From IMG/VR virus record IMGVR_UViG_3300048896_000199, positions 1 through 25,317 of that record: a stretch of 25,317 bases of DNA; one strand, 5' to 3'. Position 1 is the first letter of the stretch. Every line of letters starts with the position of its first letter. The stretch comes from a virus (taxonomy: Duplodnaviria > Caudoviricetes). The translations under genes and the position numbers were made by a program. This document shows positions 1 to 8,298 of this stretch, piece after piece. The notes beneath the pieces were generated by a model. It ran no database searches, was not told the origin of the DNA, and was given only the letters and a program-made list of their open reading frames with translations.

Positions 1-2
1 AA

Positions 3-230
3 CTGTGGGCGTGGGGCATCGAACTCGCCGGGATCGCGTTCCGCAACCCGTCGGCGAACTCCTCGGAGTCCCTCGACGAATACTCGGTGTCCTATGGAGA
101 CAGCGCGCGCCGCAAGGAGATCCTCGACGCGGCCCGCCAGGCCTACGGGGCCGGGTTGCCGCAGTTCTCCTTCCCGGCCGTCGACTGGCACTGGGACGTC
201 GTACCCACCGTCTCGCCGATAACCCAGTGA
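3..230 (+). CDS. Head-to-tail adaptor, C-terminal part (5' truncated by window edge)
   Basis: Not in the ORF track. Manual translation from base 3 gives LWAWGIELAGIAFRNPSANSSESLDEYSVSYGDSARRKEILDAARQ...PITQ*, TGA at 228-230. The RNP-x3-SE-x3-YS-x-SY motif is typical of actinophage adaptors, and the gene lies upstream of the stopper. Confidence 0.7.
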   Translation: MWAWGIELAGIAFRNPSANSSESLDEYSVSYGDSARRKEILDAARQAYGAGLPQFSFPAVDWHWDVVPTVSPITQ

Positions 231-240
231 GGTAGAAGAC

Positions 241-633
241 ATGGCCACCATTGTCAGCGTCGGTCTGCTGGTCAACGGGACGGGGAACCTCTGCACCGCC
301 CAGACCGGCAACGGAGCGACGACCAACATCATCGACCGTGGGCTGAAGCTCGGCCTGTGCACTGGGCCGGCGCTGCTACGGATCGTCACGACCGTCGGTG
401 CTACACCGACGTGCACGTACCTGGTGGAGGGCTCAGCCAACGGGACGGACTGGTCGCCGGCCATCATCGCCGACTCCGCCACCCCGACCACGTTGAGCTT
501 CGCCACGTTCGTCATCACCTCGGCGACCACGGTACTGAAGCTCATCCAGGCCAACCAGCCTTTCAGGTTCTTCCGGATGACGCTGTCGAGCAACACTAAC
601 GTCACCTCGACCGCGGACCTATGGACGTTCTGA
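241..633 (+). CDS. Small beta-rich putative virion protein (130 aa)
   Basis: GAGG upstream, high-GC codon usage, Thr/Gly-rich alternating beta-strands (TYLVEGSANGTDWS, PFRFFRMTL), located in the structural operon. Confidence 0.7.
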   Translation: MATIVSVGLLVNGTGNLCTAQTGNGATTNIIDRGLKLGLCTGPALLRIVTTVGATPTCTYLVEGSANGTDWSPAIIADSATPTTLSFATFVITSATTVLKLIQANQPFRFFRMTLSSNTNVTSTADLWTF

Positions 634-675
634 TTCTGCCGCCAGCCCCAACCACGCGATAAGGAAGTAACCCTG

Positions 676-1146
676 ATGTCCAAGGCCGGATATTCGGCAC
701 CAGCCGCTACGGCGGCCGCGCTCGCGGCCGCCACCGCGAAGAGCATCATCGGCGTCGCCGCCCCGGCCCAGTTCGGCGTGGACCTCACGAAGATCCGGGT
801 GTCGTTCGACGGCGCCACCAGCACGGCCGTCCCGGTCCGGGTGGAGCTGTGCCAGGCCACCTTCGCCACGAACGGTCCCGGCACGAACTCGACCTCCATC
901 ACCCCGGTGCAGGTGTACGGGCGCACCATCACCGCCGGCTTCACCGCGGCGTCGAACTGGACCGCGGAGCCCACGGTGCTCACCGTCATCGACGCGTGGA
1001 CGCTGGCCGCCTACGGCGGGCTGGTGGTGTACGACATCCCGTTCGCGACGACACCGGACAGCGCCGTGTCGACCGGATTCGTCATCCGCTGCACCGCCCC
1101 GGCGATTGTGAATGCGACTGGCTCCATGTGGTTCGAGAGGTGCTGA
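676..1146 (+). CDS. Putative beta-sandwich virion protein (156 aa)
   Basis: AAGGA RBS, strong GC3 bias, amphipathic beta-strand pattern (KIRVSFDG, VRVELC, GFVIRC). Fold is inferred. Confidence 0.7.
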   Translation: MSKAGYSAPAATAAALAAATAKSIIGVAAPAQFGVDLTKIRVSFDGATSTAVPVRVELCQATFATNGPGTNSTSITPVQVYGRTITAGFTAASNWTAEPTVLTVIDAWTLAAYGGLVVYDIPFATTPDSAVSTGFVIRCTAPAIVNATGSMWFERC

Positions 1147-1147
1147 C

Positions 1148-1465
1148 GTGAGCATCGGCTATCCGATCACCAAGGTCGACCTCGACAACCGGATGGGCGG
1201 CATGGTCGTCGCCCTCCGCGACGCGTTCGACGCGGTGGTCCTGTTCAAGGCCTCGCTGCTCGACGACGCGACCATGCTGCCGGATGCGACGCTGACGGCG
1301 CTCGGCTACACCGGCAGCAGCTCGAGCGGGGAGATTCAGCAGATCCGCAACGCGTTCACATCGTTGTCGTTGCTGAACACGGTGTCCCGCGGCGGTTCGA
1401 CGGTTCCGTCCGTCGTGGACTTCTGGTTCGACGCAAAGCACCTGGCGAACCTCAACTTCCACTGA
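1148..1465 (+). CDS. Hypothetical mostly alpha-helical protein (105 aa)
   Basis: GTG at 1148 after GAGAGG, in frame with track ORF 1112-1465, and immediately after the previous stop. Confidence 0.7.
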   Translation: MSIGYPITKVDLDNRMGGMVVALRDAFDAVVLFKASLLDDATMLPDATLTALGYTGSSSSGEIQQIRNAFTSLSLLNTVSRGGSTVPSVVDFWFDAKHLANLNFH

Positions 1466-1482
1466 CGTCCGGGGGTTGAGCT

Positions 1483-3081
1483 GTGGCTCTCGCCATTGAT
1501 GCCTCGACCCCCGTCATAGCGGTCAACTCCAGCACCACCGTCGCGACCGTCACGACGGCCAGCTTCACCCCGCCGGCCGGGGCGTTGCTGCTGATTCGCT
1601 GGGCGGGCGACACGGCGACCAGCCCGCCGTCCGCGCCGAGCATCACCGACAACCTGGGCGTGCATCTCACCTACACGCTCACCGACTGGCAGTCCAGCGC
1701 GGACAGCCCGACTGTCAACGGTCAGGCCGCGACCTGGTGGGCGGTCGTCGGCTCGAGCGCGGCGATGACCGTCACCGTCACGTCCGGAACGGCTTCCGGG
1801 CACCGGGCTTCCGCCGTCCACGTCACGGTCATCACCGGGCAGGACACGGTCACGCCGGTCGGGGCGCACGGCAAGTCCGGTTCGGCGTCCGCCGCGACGA
1901 TCGCGCAGACGTACACAGCCTCGGCCACCGGCGGCCAGGGTTTCATCATCGAAACCGACTGGGATGCGCTGGGCACGGCGACGGCCGGCACCGGCTGCAC
2001 GACGACAAACGGCGGCGCGAGCACGATCGCCGGCCAGATCAGCTATGCGTTCATCCGCCGCACCAGCGCTGACGACAGCGCCGGTGCGGGTAACACCCTC
2101 AACGTCACCCTGCCCGGCACCAGCACGAACCTGTCCTGGGCCTACGTCGAGATCAAGCCCGCGGCGACCGTCACGGACACCCCGGGCCGGGCCGTCGTCC
2201 TCACCGCCACCCGCCCGCCGGCCGGACCGGTGTCGCTAGTCAGTCAGATGCGGGACGTCACGCCGATCGCCGCGATCGACACCCCGCCCCGCGCGGCGAT
2301 CATCGCCACACCTCGGCCCGGCTCGGGGCCTGTGGCGATCACGTCCCGGTCGACCGCCGACCCGATCGGCTGCCCACCCCAACCGTCCATCGTGGCCAGC
2401 CCGAGCCCGCGCCGCGGTCCGACGTTCATCACCACCCGGTCGATCGCGGACACCCCGATCGCCGCCGGCGACAGCCCAGCCCGGGCGCTCGTCAGCGCCA
2501 CACCACCGCCACGCCCCATCGCGGTCGTCATCACCACCCGGATGGCTGCGGACCCGGCCGTTGTGGTCGCGGACACCCCACCGCAGACCTTCGTCATCGC
2601 CGTGCCGGCCCGACGCCAGTCCACCCCGCCGATCGTCCTCCGGCCGTGGGTCGAAGAGGTCGGCCCGGACTCCACCTTCGTCGTCGCCCCGCAGCCACCC
2701 CGCGGACGCGGCTTCCTGGCCACGTTCAGCACCCACACCGACGCGGACGCGTGGCCCAACACGCTCGTGGTGGCCCCACGGACCCGGCTGTCCGCGCCAG
2801 CGCCGATCCTCAGCTCCAGCAGGGCCGACCCGCCGGTTGTCGTACCCGGCGCAGCGATGCCGGTGGCGTACGTCATCGCCGCACCGCGGACCCGCAGTCC
2901 CGGATCCATGTTCAGCGGACAGGCGTTGTTGGTGGCCGACTGCCACCTGCCCCGCCCCGACACCGGCGACACCAGCCGCCCCGGCGCAGGCCTCACCGCC
3001 CGACCGACCGGAGCCACCAGCCGACCGGGCACCGGCCTGACCCTGCGCCCCGATTCAGGGGACACCGACAACCCCTGCTGA
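1483..3081 (+). CDS. Putative virion appendage protein: N-terminal beta-rich domain, about 8 Pro/Arg-rich ~30-aa repeats, C-terminal RPxxGxT repeats
   Basis: 532-aa ORF with good codon bias; repeats visible in the translation (see findings). Confidence 0.7.
   Translation: MALAIDASTPVIAVNSSTTVATVTTASFTPPAGALLLIRWAGDTATSPPSAPSITDNLGVHLTYTLTDWQSSADSPTVNGQAATWWAVVGSSAAMTVTVTSGTASGHRASAVHVTVITGQDTVTPVGAHGKSGSASAATIAQTYTASATGGQGFIIETDWDALGTATAGTGCTTTNGGASTIAGQISYAFIRRTSADDSAGAGNTLNVTLPGTSTNLSWAYVEIKPAATVTDTPGRAVVLTATRPPAGPVSLVSQMRDVTPIAAIDTPPRAAIIATPRPGSGPVAITSRSTADPIGCPPQPSIVASPSPRRGPTFITTRSIADTPIAAGDSPARALVSATPPPRPIAVVITTRMAADPAVVVADTPPQTFVIAVPARRQSTPPIVLRPWVEEVGPDSTFVVAPQPPRGRGFLATFSTHTDADAWPNTLVVAPRTRLSAPAPILSSSRADPPVVVPGAAMPVAYVIAAPRTRSPGSMFSGQALLVADCHLPRPDTGDTSRPGAGLTARPTGATSRPGTGLTLRPDSGDTDNPC
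2176..3078 (+). repeat. Degenerate protein-level tandem repeats
   Basis: Units such as DTPPRAAIIATPRPGSGPVAITSRSTADP and DSPARALVSATPPPRPIAVVITTRMAADP; from 2953: RPDTGDTS, RPGAGLTA, RPTGATS, RPGTGLTL, RPDSGDT. Confidence 0.75.
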
Positions 3082-3091
3082 GGAGGTCGCT

Positions 3092-3487
3092 GTGGGCCGC
3101 GAGAACGTTGTCCTGGCCGGCCGGGCATTCCTCACCGCCAGCCTCACCGAGACCTGCACCATTCAGCACCCGACCGGGCCGGGTACCACGAACCCGGTCA
3201 CCGGTCAGGTCGCACCTCAGCTGACGACCACGTACACGAACCAGCCGTGCAAGGTCGGCGCGATCAACCCCACCAACGACGAGGTGGCTGCGTCCACATT
3301 GGTCACCCTGTCCCCGACGATCACGTTCCCCGTCGAGGTCACCGGGCTGTCGGATCAGGACGTCATCACCATCACCGCGGCCGCGTTCGACCCGGAGCTG
3401 GTGGGCCGGGTGTACCGGGTGCTGGGGCCGACGCACCGCACGTTCATCACCCGTCGACAGATCAACGTGATCGAGGTGGCGAGCTGA
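3092..3487 (+). CDS. Head-to-tail stopper (DUF6093-like)
   Basis: GGAGG RBS; motifs TETCTI, NPVTG, Y-x3-CKV and DPELVGRVYRV are typical of actinophage stoppers; gene order fits. Confidence 0.75.
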   Translation: MGRENVVLAGRAFLTASLTETCTIQHPTGPGTTNPVTGQVAPQLTTTYTNQPCKVGAINPTNDEVAASTLVTLSPTITFPVEVTGLSDQDVITITAAAFDPELVGRVYRVLGPTHRTFITRRQINVIEVAS

Positions 3488-3879
3488 TGGGCGCCACCGC
3501 GGTCGGTTTCGACGCCCTCATCAGGGATCTGGAGTCCCTGCCCGAGCGCGCACCGAAGGCGATCCGGCAGGTCATGAAGCGGGCCGGCGGCAACATCAAG
3601 GACGACTGGAAAGCCCGCTGGACGGCCATGCCGCACCGGCACATCCCGCATCTGGTGCGCAGCATCGCCTACCAGGTCACCGAGAAGGGCAACACCTTCT
3701 CCCTCACCGTCGAACCCCGGCCGCACGCCCTGCAGGCCCGACTGGCCTCGTTCATCGAGTTCGGCACCCTCACCTCCGGGCCGCACCCGGGCGGCAAGCC
3801 GGCGCTAGAGAAGGAACTGCCAAACCTGACGCACTGGCTGCAGAAGGTCACCGAAGACCTGCTGGCGGAACAGAAATGA
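3487..3879 (+). CDS. Neck/tail completion protein (HK97 gp10-like)
   Basis: ATG overlaps the previous stop (TGATG); basic helical protein with IEFGT-x4-PHP motif; position between stopper and terminator. Confidence 0.75.
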   Translation: MGATAVGFDALIRDLESLPERAPKAIRQVMKRAGGNIKDDWKARWTAMPHRHIPHLVRSIAYQVTEKGNTFSLTVEPRPHALQARLASFIEFGTLTSGPHPGGKPALEKELPNLTHWLQKVTEDLLAEQK

Positions 3880-4292
3880 CCGACACGGTCGACGAGGATC
3901 ACGCCCAGGCCTTCCTGTCGCTGCTCGCCGCGAACACGAACCTGCTCCACGTCTACGACACCATCGTGGCCAACCCGACGCCGGATCCGCCGTACGTGTT
4001 GACGTACATCACGGTCTCGTGGCCGCGGGACGGCGTCGGGACGTCGCTGACGGCGCAGCAGGTGACCGTCACCGCGACGGCCAACGTCCACTGCGCTGGC
4101 CTCACGCCCGCTGCGGCGCGGGCGGTGCAGATGCAGGTCCGGTCGAGCCTGCTCAACGCCCGGCCGGTCATCACCGGGCGGTACTGCTCGCCGATCAAAC
4201 AGGACGACTCGCAGGTGCCGGTGAAGGACGAAACCACCGGCCGTCCGGTCTACGACGCCGTCAGCGTATTCAGCTTTTCCAGCACCGGTTAG
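3876..4292 (+). CDS. Tail terminator
   Basis: ATGA overlap; VYD...P-x-PPYV motif; 138 aa; gene order fits. Confidence 0.7.
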   Translation: MTDTVDEDHAQAFLSLLAANTNLLHVYDTIVANPTPDPPYVLTYITVSWPRDGVGTSLTAQQVTVTATANVHCAGLTPAAARAVQMQVRSSLLNARPVITGRYCSPIKQDDSQVPVKDETTGRPVYDAVSVFSFSSTG

Positions 4293-4322
4293 TCCAATCC
4301 GTCCACATAGGAGGCGCGTCGG

Positions 4323-4670
4323 ATGACGCTTCAAGCTTCTCAGACAGTCGCAGTCCCCAGTGGCGGCGTACTCACCACACCCACCGCGCTTACTCCGGCG
4401 GCGACAGACACCATCTCGGCGGACAGCTTCGGTCCCAGTGGCCTGATCTTGTTCGTGGTGACGACCGGCACTCAGACCGATGTGACCGTGCTCGACCCCA
4501 CCGTGACGGACATGTCCTACGCAGGCACCGTGCCAACCCTCACCGGCACCGCCACCGGGCACCGGGCCATCTTCGTATCCCGGACCGCGATCAGCCCAGC
4601 CACGAACGTCGCGACGGTGACGTTCAGCGGGGCCCGCACCGGCGTCACCTACTACCTGTTCCGGGTTTAG
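4323..4670 (+). CDS. Small beta-rich hypothetical virion protein (115 aa)
   Basis: AGGAGG RBS; Thr-rich beta pattern; lies between terminator and major tail gene. Confidence 0.65.
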   Translation: MTLQASQTVAVPSGGVLTTPTALTPAATDTISADSFGPSGLILFVVTTGTQTDVTVLDPTVTDMSYAGTVPTLTGTATGHRAIFVSRTAISPATNVATVTFSGARTGVTYYLFRV

Positions 4671-4672
4671 CA

Positions 4673-4906
4673 GTGTTCGCCGTGGTCCGGCATCCGGACG
4701 TAGAAGGCCTGGGAATGATCACCCACGGAACGCTCGAGGCCCACCAGATCAAGGGCTGGTACCGGATCTCCGAATGGCGCGAACGACCGGGCGACCTGTA
4801 TCTGCCCGACTTCGCCGACGTGTTCGACGACCTCGACGCCCCAAGTCCGCAGTCAGAGTCCAGCAAGAGCCCGGCCGAGCCGGAGAAGGTTGAGGAGTCG
4901 GCATGA
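4673..4906 (+). CDS. Hypothetical protein (77 aa, acidic tail)
   Basis: GTG at 4673 (VFAVVRHPDVEG...), the 3' part of track ORF 4019-4906; fills the gap and overlaps the next ATG. Confidence 0.6.
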   Translation: MFAVVRHPDVEGLGMITHGTLEAHQIKGWYRISEWRERPGDLYLPDFADVFDDLDAPSPQSESSKSPAEPEKVEESA

Positions 4907-5409
4907 GCGTCGTCATCATGGATGGCAAGGTGAGGGTGTACTGGCTCTCCGCCCTCCCCTCGAATATCGCGCTCCCGACCGTCGCGGAACTCAACGCGGG
5001 TACCAACTTCACGACCTACATCAACCCCGATGGTCTGGACATCAGCTGGACTACCGGCAAGGTCGACGTCGGCAACGTCGGGTCAACGTTCACGCTCAAC
5101 AAGGTCGGTCGCCGCGTCCCGGACATCACCCTGACGTGCCACCACGACCAGACCACTGGCTCGACCGACCCGGCGTGGGCGACGCTCGTCTACCAGGCCA
5201 CCGGTGTGCTTGTTGTTCGTCGCGGCGTCGACACTGCCACCGCTTGGGCCACCGGTCAGGGCGCCGGCGGCACCACCGGTCAGGTCGAGGTGTTCCCGGT
5301 GCAGGTCAGCCAGGAGATGCCATCCAAGCCGGCTCCGGACACGTCATGGGACTTCTCCGTTCCGTTGACGGTGTACCTGGACCCCAACACGCGGGCGGTT
5401 GTGGCGTGA
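4903..5409 (+). CDS. Major tail (tube) protein
   Basis: DGKVRVYW, PTVAELNAG, G-x-LVVRRG and VEVFPV motifs typical of actinophage tail tube proteins; GAGGAG RBS; precedes the chaperone and tape measure. Confidence 0.85.
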   Translation: MSVVIMDGKVRVYWLSALPSNIALPTVAELNAGTNFTTYINPDGLDISWTTGKVDVGNVGSTFTLNKVGRRVPDITLTCHHDQTTGSTDPAWATLVYQATGVLVVRRGVDTATAWATGQGAGGTTGQVEVFPVQVSQEMPSKPAPDTSWDFSVPLTVYLDPNTRAVVA

Positions 5410-5921
5410 ACTTCGACGACCTCAAGAAGCGGGCGACACTACCCACCCGGGTGGTGCCGCTGTGCCTCGCCGGCGAACTCCTCGAACAGATCGCCGGCTT
5501 GGAGCGGCAACTGGCCGACGTCAAGCCGGCCACCAGCCTGGAGGGCACGCCCCGCCAGGCCATCGTCGAACAGATCGCCGCACTGCAGGACGAGATGCGG
5601 GAGTCCACGGTGGACTTCAAGCTCCGGGCGTTGGGCGCGCGGGCGTGGTCGACGTTCTGGGCCCGCTGGCCCACCCGCGCCGAAGGCGAGACCAGCGAGG
5701 CGTGGGAGGACCGGATCTGGCCGTTCTACATGGAGCTGATCTCCCGGTCCTGCGTCGAGCCGGAGATGACCCTCGAGCAGGCCGCCGAGTTGGGTGACCT
5801 GCTGCACGGCAAGGCCCTCAACGACCTGGTTGGCGCGTGCCTGAGCCTGAACATGGGGGCGCTCGACATCCCAAACTCCGACGCCGTCTCCGATCTGACC
5901 GGGAACTCCGAGCAGGCGTAG
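5406..5921 (+). CDS. Tail assembly chaperone (short form)
   Basis: GTGA overlap with the tail tube stop; VNFDDLKKR...VPLCLAG...FKLRALG; canonical position. Confidence 0.8.
   Translation: MNFDDLKKRATLPTRVVPLCLAGELLEQIAGLERQLADVKPATSLEGTPRQAIVEQIAALQDEMRESTVDFKLRALGARAWSTFWARWPTRAEGETSEAWEDRIWPFYMELISRSCVEPEMTLEQAAELGDLLHGKALNDLVGACLSLNMGALDIPNSDAVSDLTGNSEQA
5870..5876 (+). other. Programmed -1 ribosomal frameshift site C CCA AAC
   Basis: X XXY YYZ heptamer in the correct phase (ATC CCA AAC); the -1 frame stays open to 6277. Confidence 0.75.
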
Positions 5922-6277
5922 AGGCGGCTCTCGCAGCGGGTGTTCCGTACTCGCGGTGGCGCGGTGAACCAGTCCAGACGGAGACGGTGTTCCAGTACTC
6001 CCGCAAGGGCCGGCTGATCCGCTCCGTGGCGGTGTCGGACCCGGACTGGTCCGATCTCGACCGCGGCCTGGTGCTGGCTTTGCTGGAGGAGCGGGCCGAG
6101 ACCTGCTCGATGTGTGGGCACCCGATGTCCGTGTGCCGCGATCCGCGCACGGCCGGGACGTGGCAGGTCGTCGAGGAGATCTGTCAACCGTCCCGGGTGG
6201 CACAGGCCGCATCTGAGAACGCCCATGAGCGCAAGGCCCGCGGTGTTGTGATCTCGACCAGGCGGGGGGCCTCATGA
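5876..6277 (+). CDS. Tail assembly chaperone frameshift extension (long form 5406-6277)
   Basis: -1 frame ORF (track 5837-6277) with W-x3-DR-x-L, CxxCGHP and a later Cys; no convincing start of its own; stop overlaps the tape measure ATG. Confidence 0.75.
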   Translation, partial: LRRRLRSDRELRAGVEAALAAGVPYSRWRGEPVQTETVFQYSRKGRLIRSVAVSDPDWSDLDRGLVLALLEERAETCSMCGHPMSVCRDPRTAGTWQVVEEICQPSRVAQAASENAHERKARGVVISTRRGAS

Positions 6278-8298
6278 GCGATCGCAGGGTCAGTGTCACC
6301 GTCGCCGCGGACTATCAGCCGCTGATCGACGGCTCGGGTAAGGCGGCCGTCTCGGTGAAGGCCGTCCAGGAGGAGATGAAGGGCCTCGACAAGCAGGTCG
6401 AGGAAACCGAGCGGGACATGGGTAAGTTGGCCGCCGCGGCGGCCGTCGCCAAGAAGGAAGTCGGCGACCTCGGGGACAAGTCCAGCAGCGCCAAGCGCGA
6501 CCTCGAGCAGCTCGACGCCCGGATCGAAGCCTCCCGCAAGGCCACGCAGCAACTCGGCCTGGAGTTCGCCCGCACCGGAGACAAGATCGACGGGGCGGCG
6601 TTCGGGCGCGAGAAGTCGCTGCTCGCCCGCCTGGAGCGTCTTCGCAAGGAGCTGACGTCTGCCGGCGATAGCAACGGCAACGGCCGCGGCCTGCTCGCGG
6701 ATGCAGCCGGAGTGGCGAGCATGGTGACGGACGCCGCTGCCGCCGGCGAGAAGGTCGGCGGCAGCTTCGTGTCCGGCATTACGGATGCCTTCAAGGAACT
6801 TCCCGTCAAGGGCATCCTGATCGCCTCTCTGGTCGGCGGGATCATTGCTGCCCTACCAGCCGTCGGCGCCGCCGTTGCCGGCGCGGTCACAGGCGTGGTC
6901 GGCGTCGGCGGGATTGCGGGCGGCATCTTCGCCGCGTCGAAGGACCCGGTGGTGCGGTCCGCCGCGCAGCAGTTCGGCACGTACCTGAGTCAGCAGTTCT
7001 TTTCGGGCGGGTCGGTGTTCGTCGACCCGATCCGGCAGGCCCTGGCCATCCTCAAGGCCGACGTGGACAAGCTGGACCTTGGCCATCTCTTCGGGCCGGC
7101 CGCCGCGGACGTGACGCTTCTGGCCACCGGTCTTGGCAACTTCGTCAACCGGGCCGCCCCAGGGTTCCAGCAGGCCTTGAAGAACAGCGGGCCGTTCCTG
7201 TCCGCCATGGCCGACGGGCTGGGTGAGGTCGGCGACGCCTTCGGGCAGTTCATGGACGACGTGTCCCGCAACCACGGCGCCATCGAAGGTCTGCGGTGGT
7301 TGTTCGGCGCGGTCGACGTGACGATCCGGATTTTGGGCAAGAGTCTCGAGTTCCTCGCTGGTGCTCTCCATATCGCCGACGTGGTGTTCCTGAAGCTGGT
7401 GGACACCGCGGCGGCAGTGGCGAAGGCGCTTCACCTTCCCCACGACGACCTCGACCAGCTTCACAAGATGCTCGAGGCGAACATCAACAGCGGCACTCAG
7501 CTGATCCCGGTCGTTGATGGCCTGGGCGACTCGTCCGCCGGTACCGCGCGCGACATCAACACCATGGTTGAAGCGCTGGCGGACGCCCAAAAGCACATCG
7601 ACGACTACATCACCAGCGCCCTCGCCATGGGTGATGCCAACACTGCGGTGGCGCAGGACTTCGCCGACCTCAACGACAAGATCAAGGCCGGCAAGAAGAA
7701 CTGGGACGATAACACCCAGGCCGGGCGGGACAACCGCAACGAGGTCCGACGCATCATCGAGGACCTGGAACGCCAACGCCAACAGGCGATCGCGACAAGC
7801 GACGGCAGTCAGGCTTCCATTGACGCGATCAACCGGAAGTACAACGAGATGGAAGACCAACTCGAAAAGAACCTGATTAAGTTGGGTGCCACCAAGGATG
7901 CGATTGAGGCCATCGCCGGCAAGGCATGGCACATCACGATCATCACGGACATCCTCAACACCGCAGCGGTGGCCAAGGCCACCAAGAACGACAAGAACCT
8001 TGCCATCCACGGGTTCGCCGCCGGTGGCACGACGCCGGCCTACGCACCGTTCGTCGTCGGTGAGCACGGGCCTGAGGTGCTGTGGGACACCAAGCAGCAC
8101 TACGTCGAGACGAAAGCCATGGCCCAGCAGCCCGCGGTGGCGTGGAACGGCGGTGGGAGTTCGGGCGGGCAGATCGTGGTCCAGAACACCGTCTTGCTGC
8201 TCGACCCGATGACGGGTAAGACGATCCGCGGGGCCCTTCGCAACGAGGCCACCTCTCGCGGTAAGTCCAGCGACGTGGTGTCGGCGGCGTACCCGTGA
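6274..8298 (+). CDS. Tape measure protein (674 aa)
   Basis: Longest ORF; Ala/Gly-rich helical and coiled-coil with a hydrophobic segment; C-terminal FAAGG...VVGEHGPE motif; follows the chaperone. Confidence 0.9.
   Translation: MSDRRVSVTVAADYQPLIDGSGKAAVSVKAVQEEMKGLDKQVEETERDMGKLAAAAAVAKKEVGDLGDKSSSAKRDLEQLDARIEASRKATQQLGLEFARTGDKIDGAAFGREKSLLARLERLRKELTSAGDSNGNGRGLLADAAGVASMVTDAAAAGEKVGGSFVSGITDAFKELPVKGILIASLVGGIIAALPAVGAAVAGAVTGVVGVGGIAGGIFAASKDPVVRSAAQQFGTYLSQQFFSGGSVFVDPIRQALAILKADVDKLDLGHLFGPAAADVTLLATGLGNFVNRAAPGFQQALKNSGPFLSAMADGLGEVGDAFGQFMDDVSRNHGAIEGLRWLFGAVDVTIRILGKSLEFLAGALHIADVVFLKLVDTAAAVAKALHLPHDDLDQLHKMLEANINSGTQLIPVVDGLGDSSAGTARDINTMVEALADAQKHIDDYITSALAMGDANTAVAQDFADLNDKIKAGKKNWDDNTQAGRDNRNEVRRIIEDLERQRQQAIATSDGSQASIDAINRKYNEMEDQLEKNLIKLGATKDAIEAIAGKAWHITIITDILNTAAVAKATKNDKNLAIHGFAAGGTTPAYAPFVVGEHGPEVLWDTKQHYVETKAMAQQPAVAWNGGGSSGGQIVVQNTVLLLDPMTGKTIRGALRNEATSRGKSSDVVSAAYP

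Noticed and set aside
5-235. Track ORF MGVGHRTRR...
   Set aside because: Arg-rich off-frame shadow; the frame starting at base 3 has proper codon bias and an adaptor motif.
5899-5906. Alternative slippery site at CCGGGAAC
   Set aside because: Does not form an in-phase X XXY YYZ heptamer, unlike CCCAAAC at 5870.
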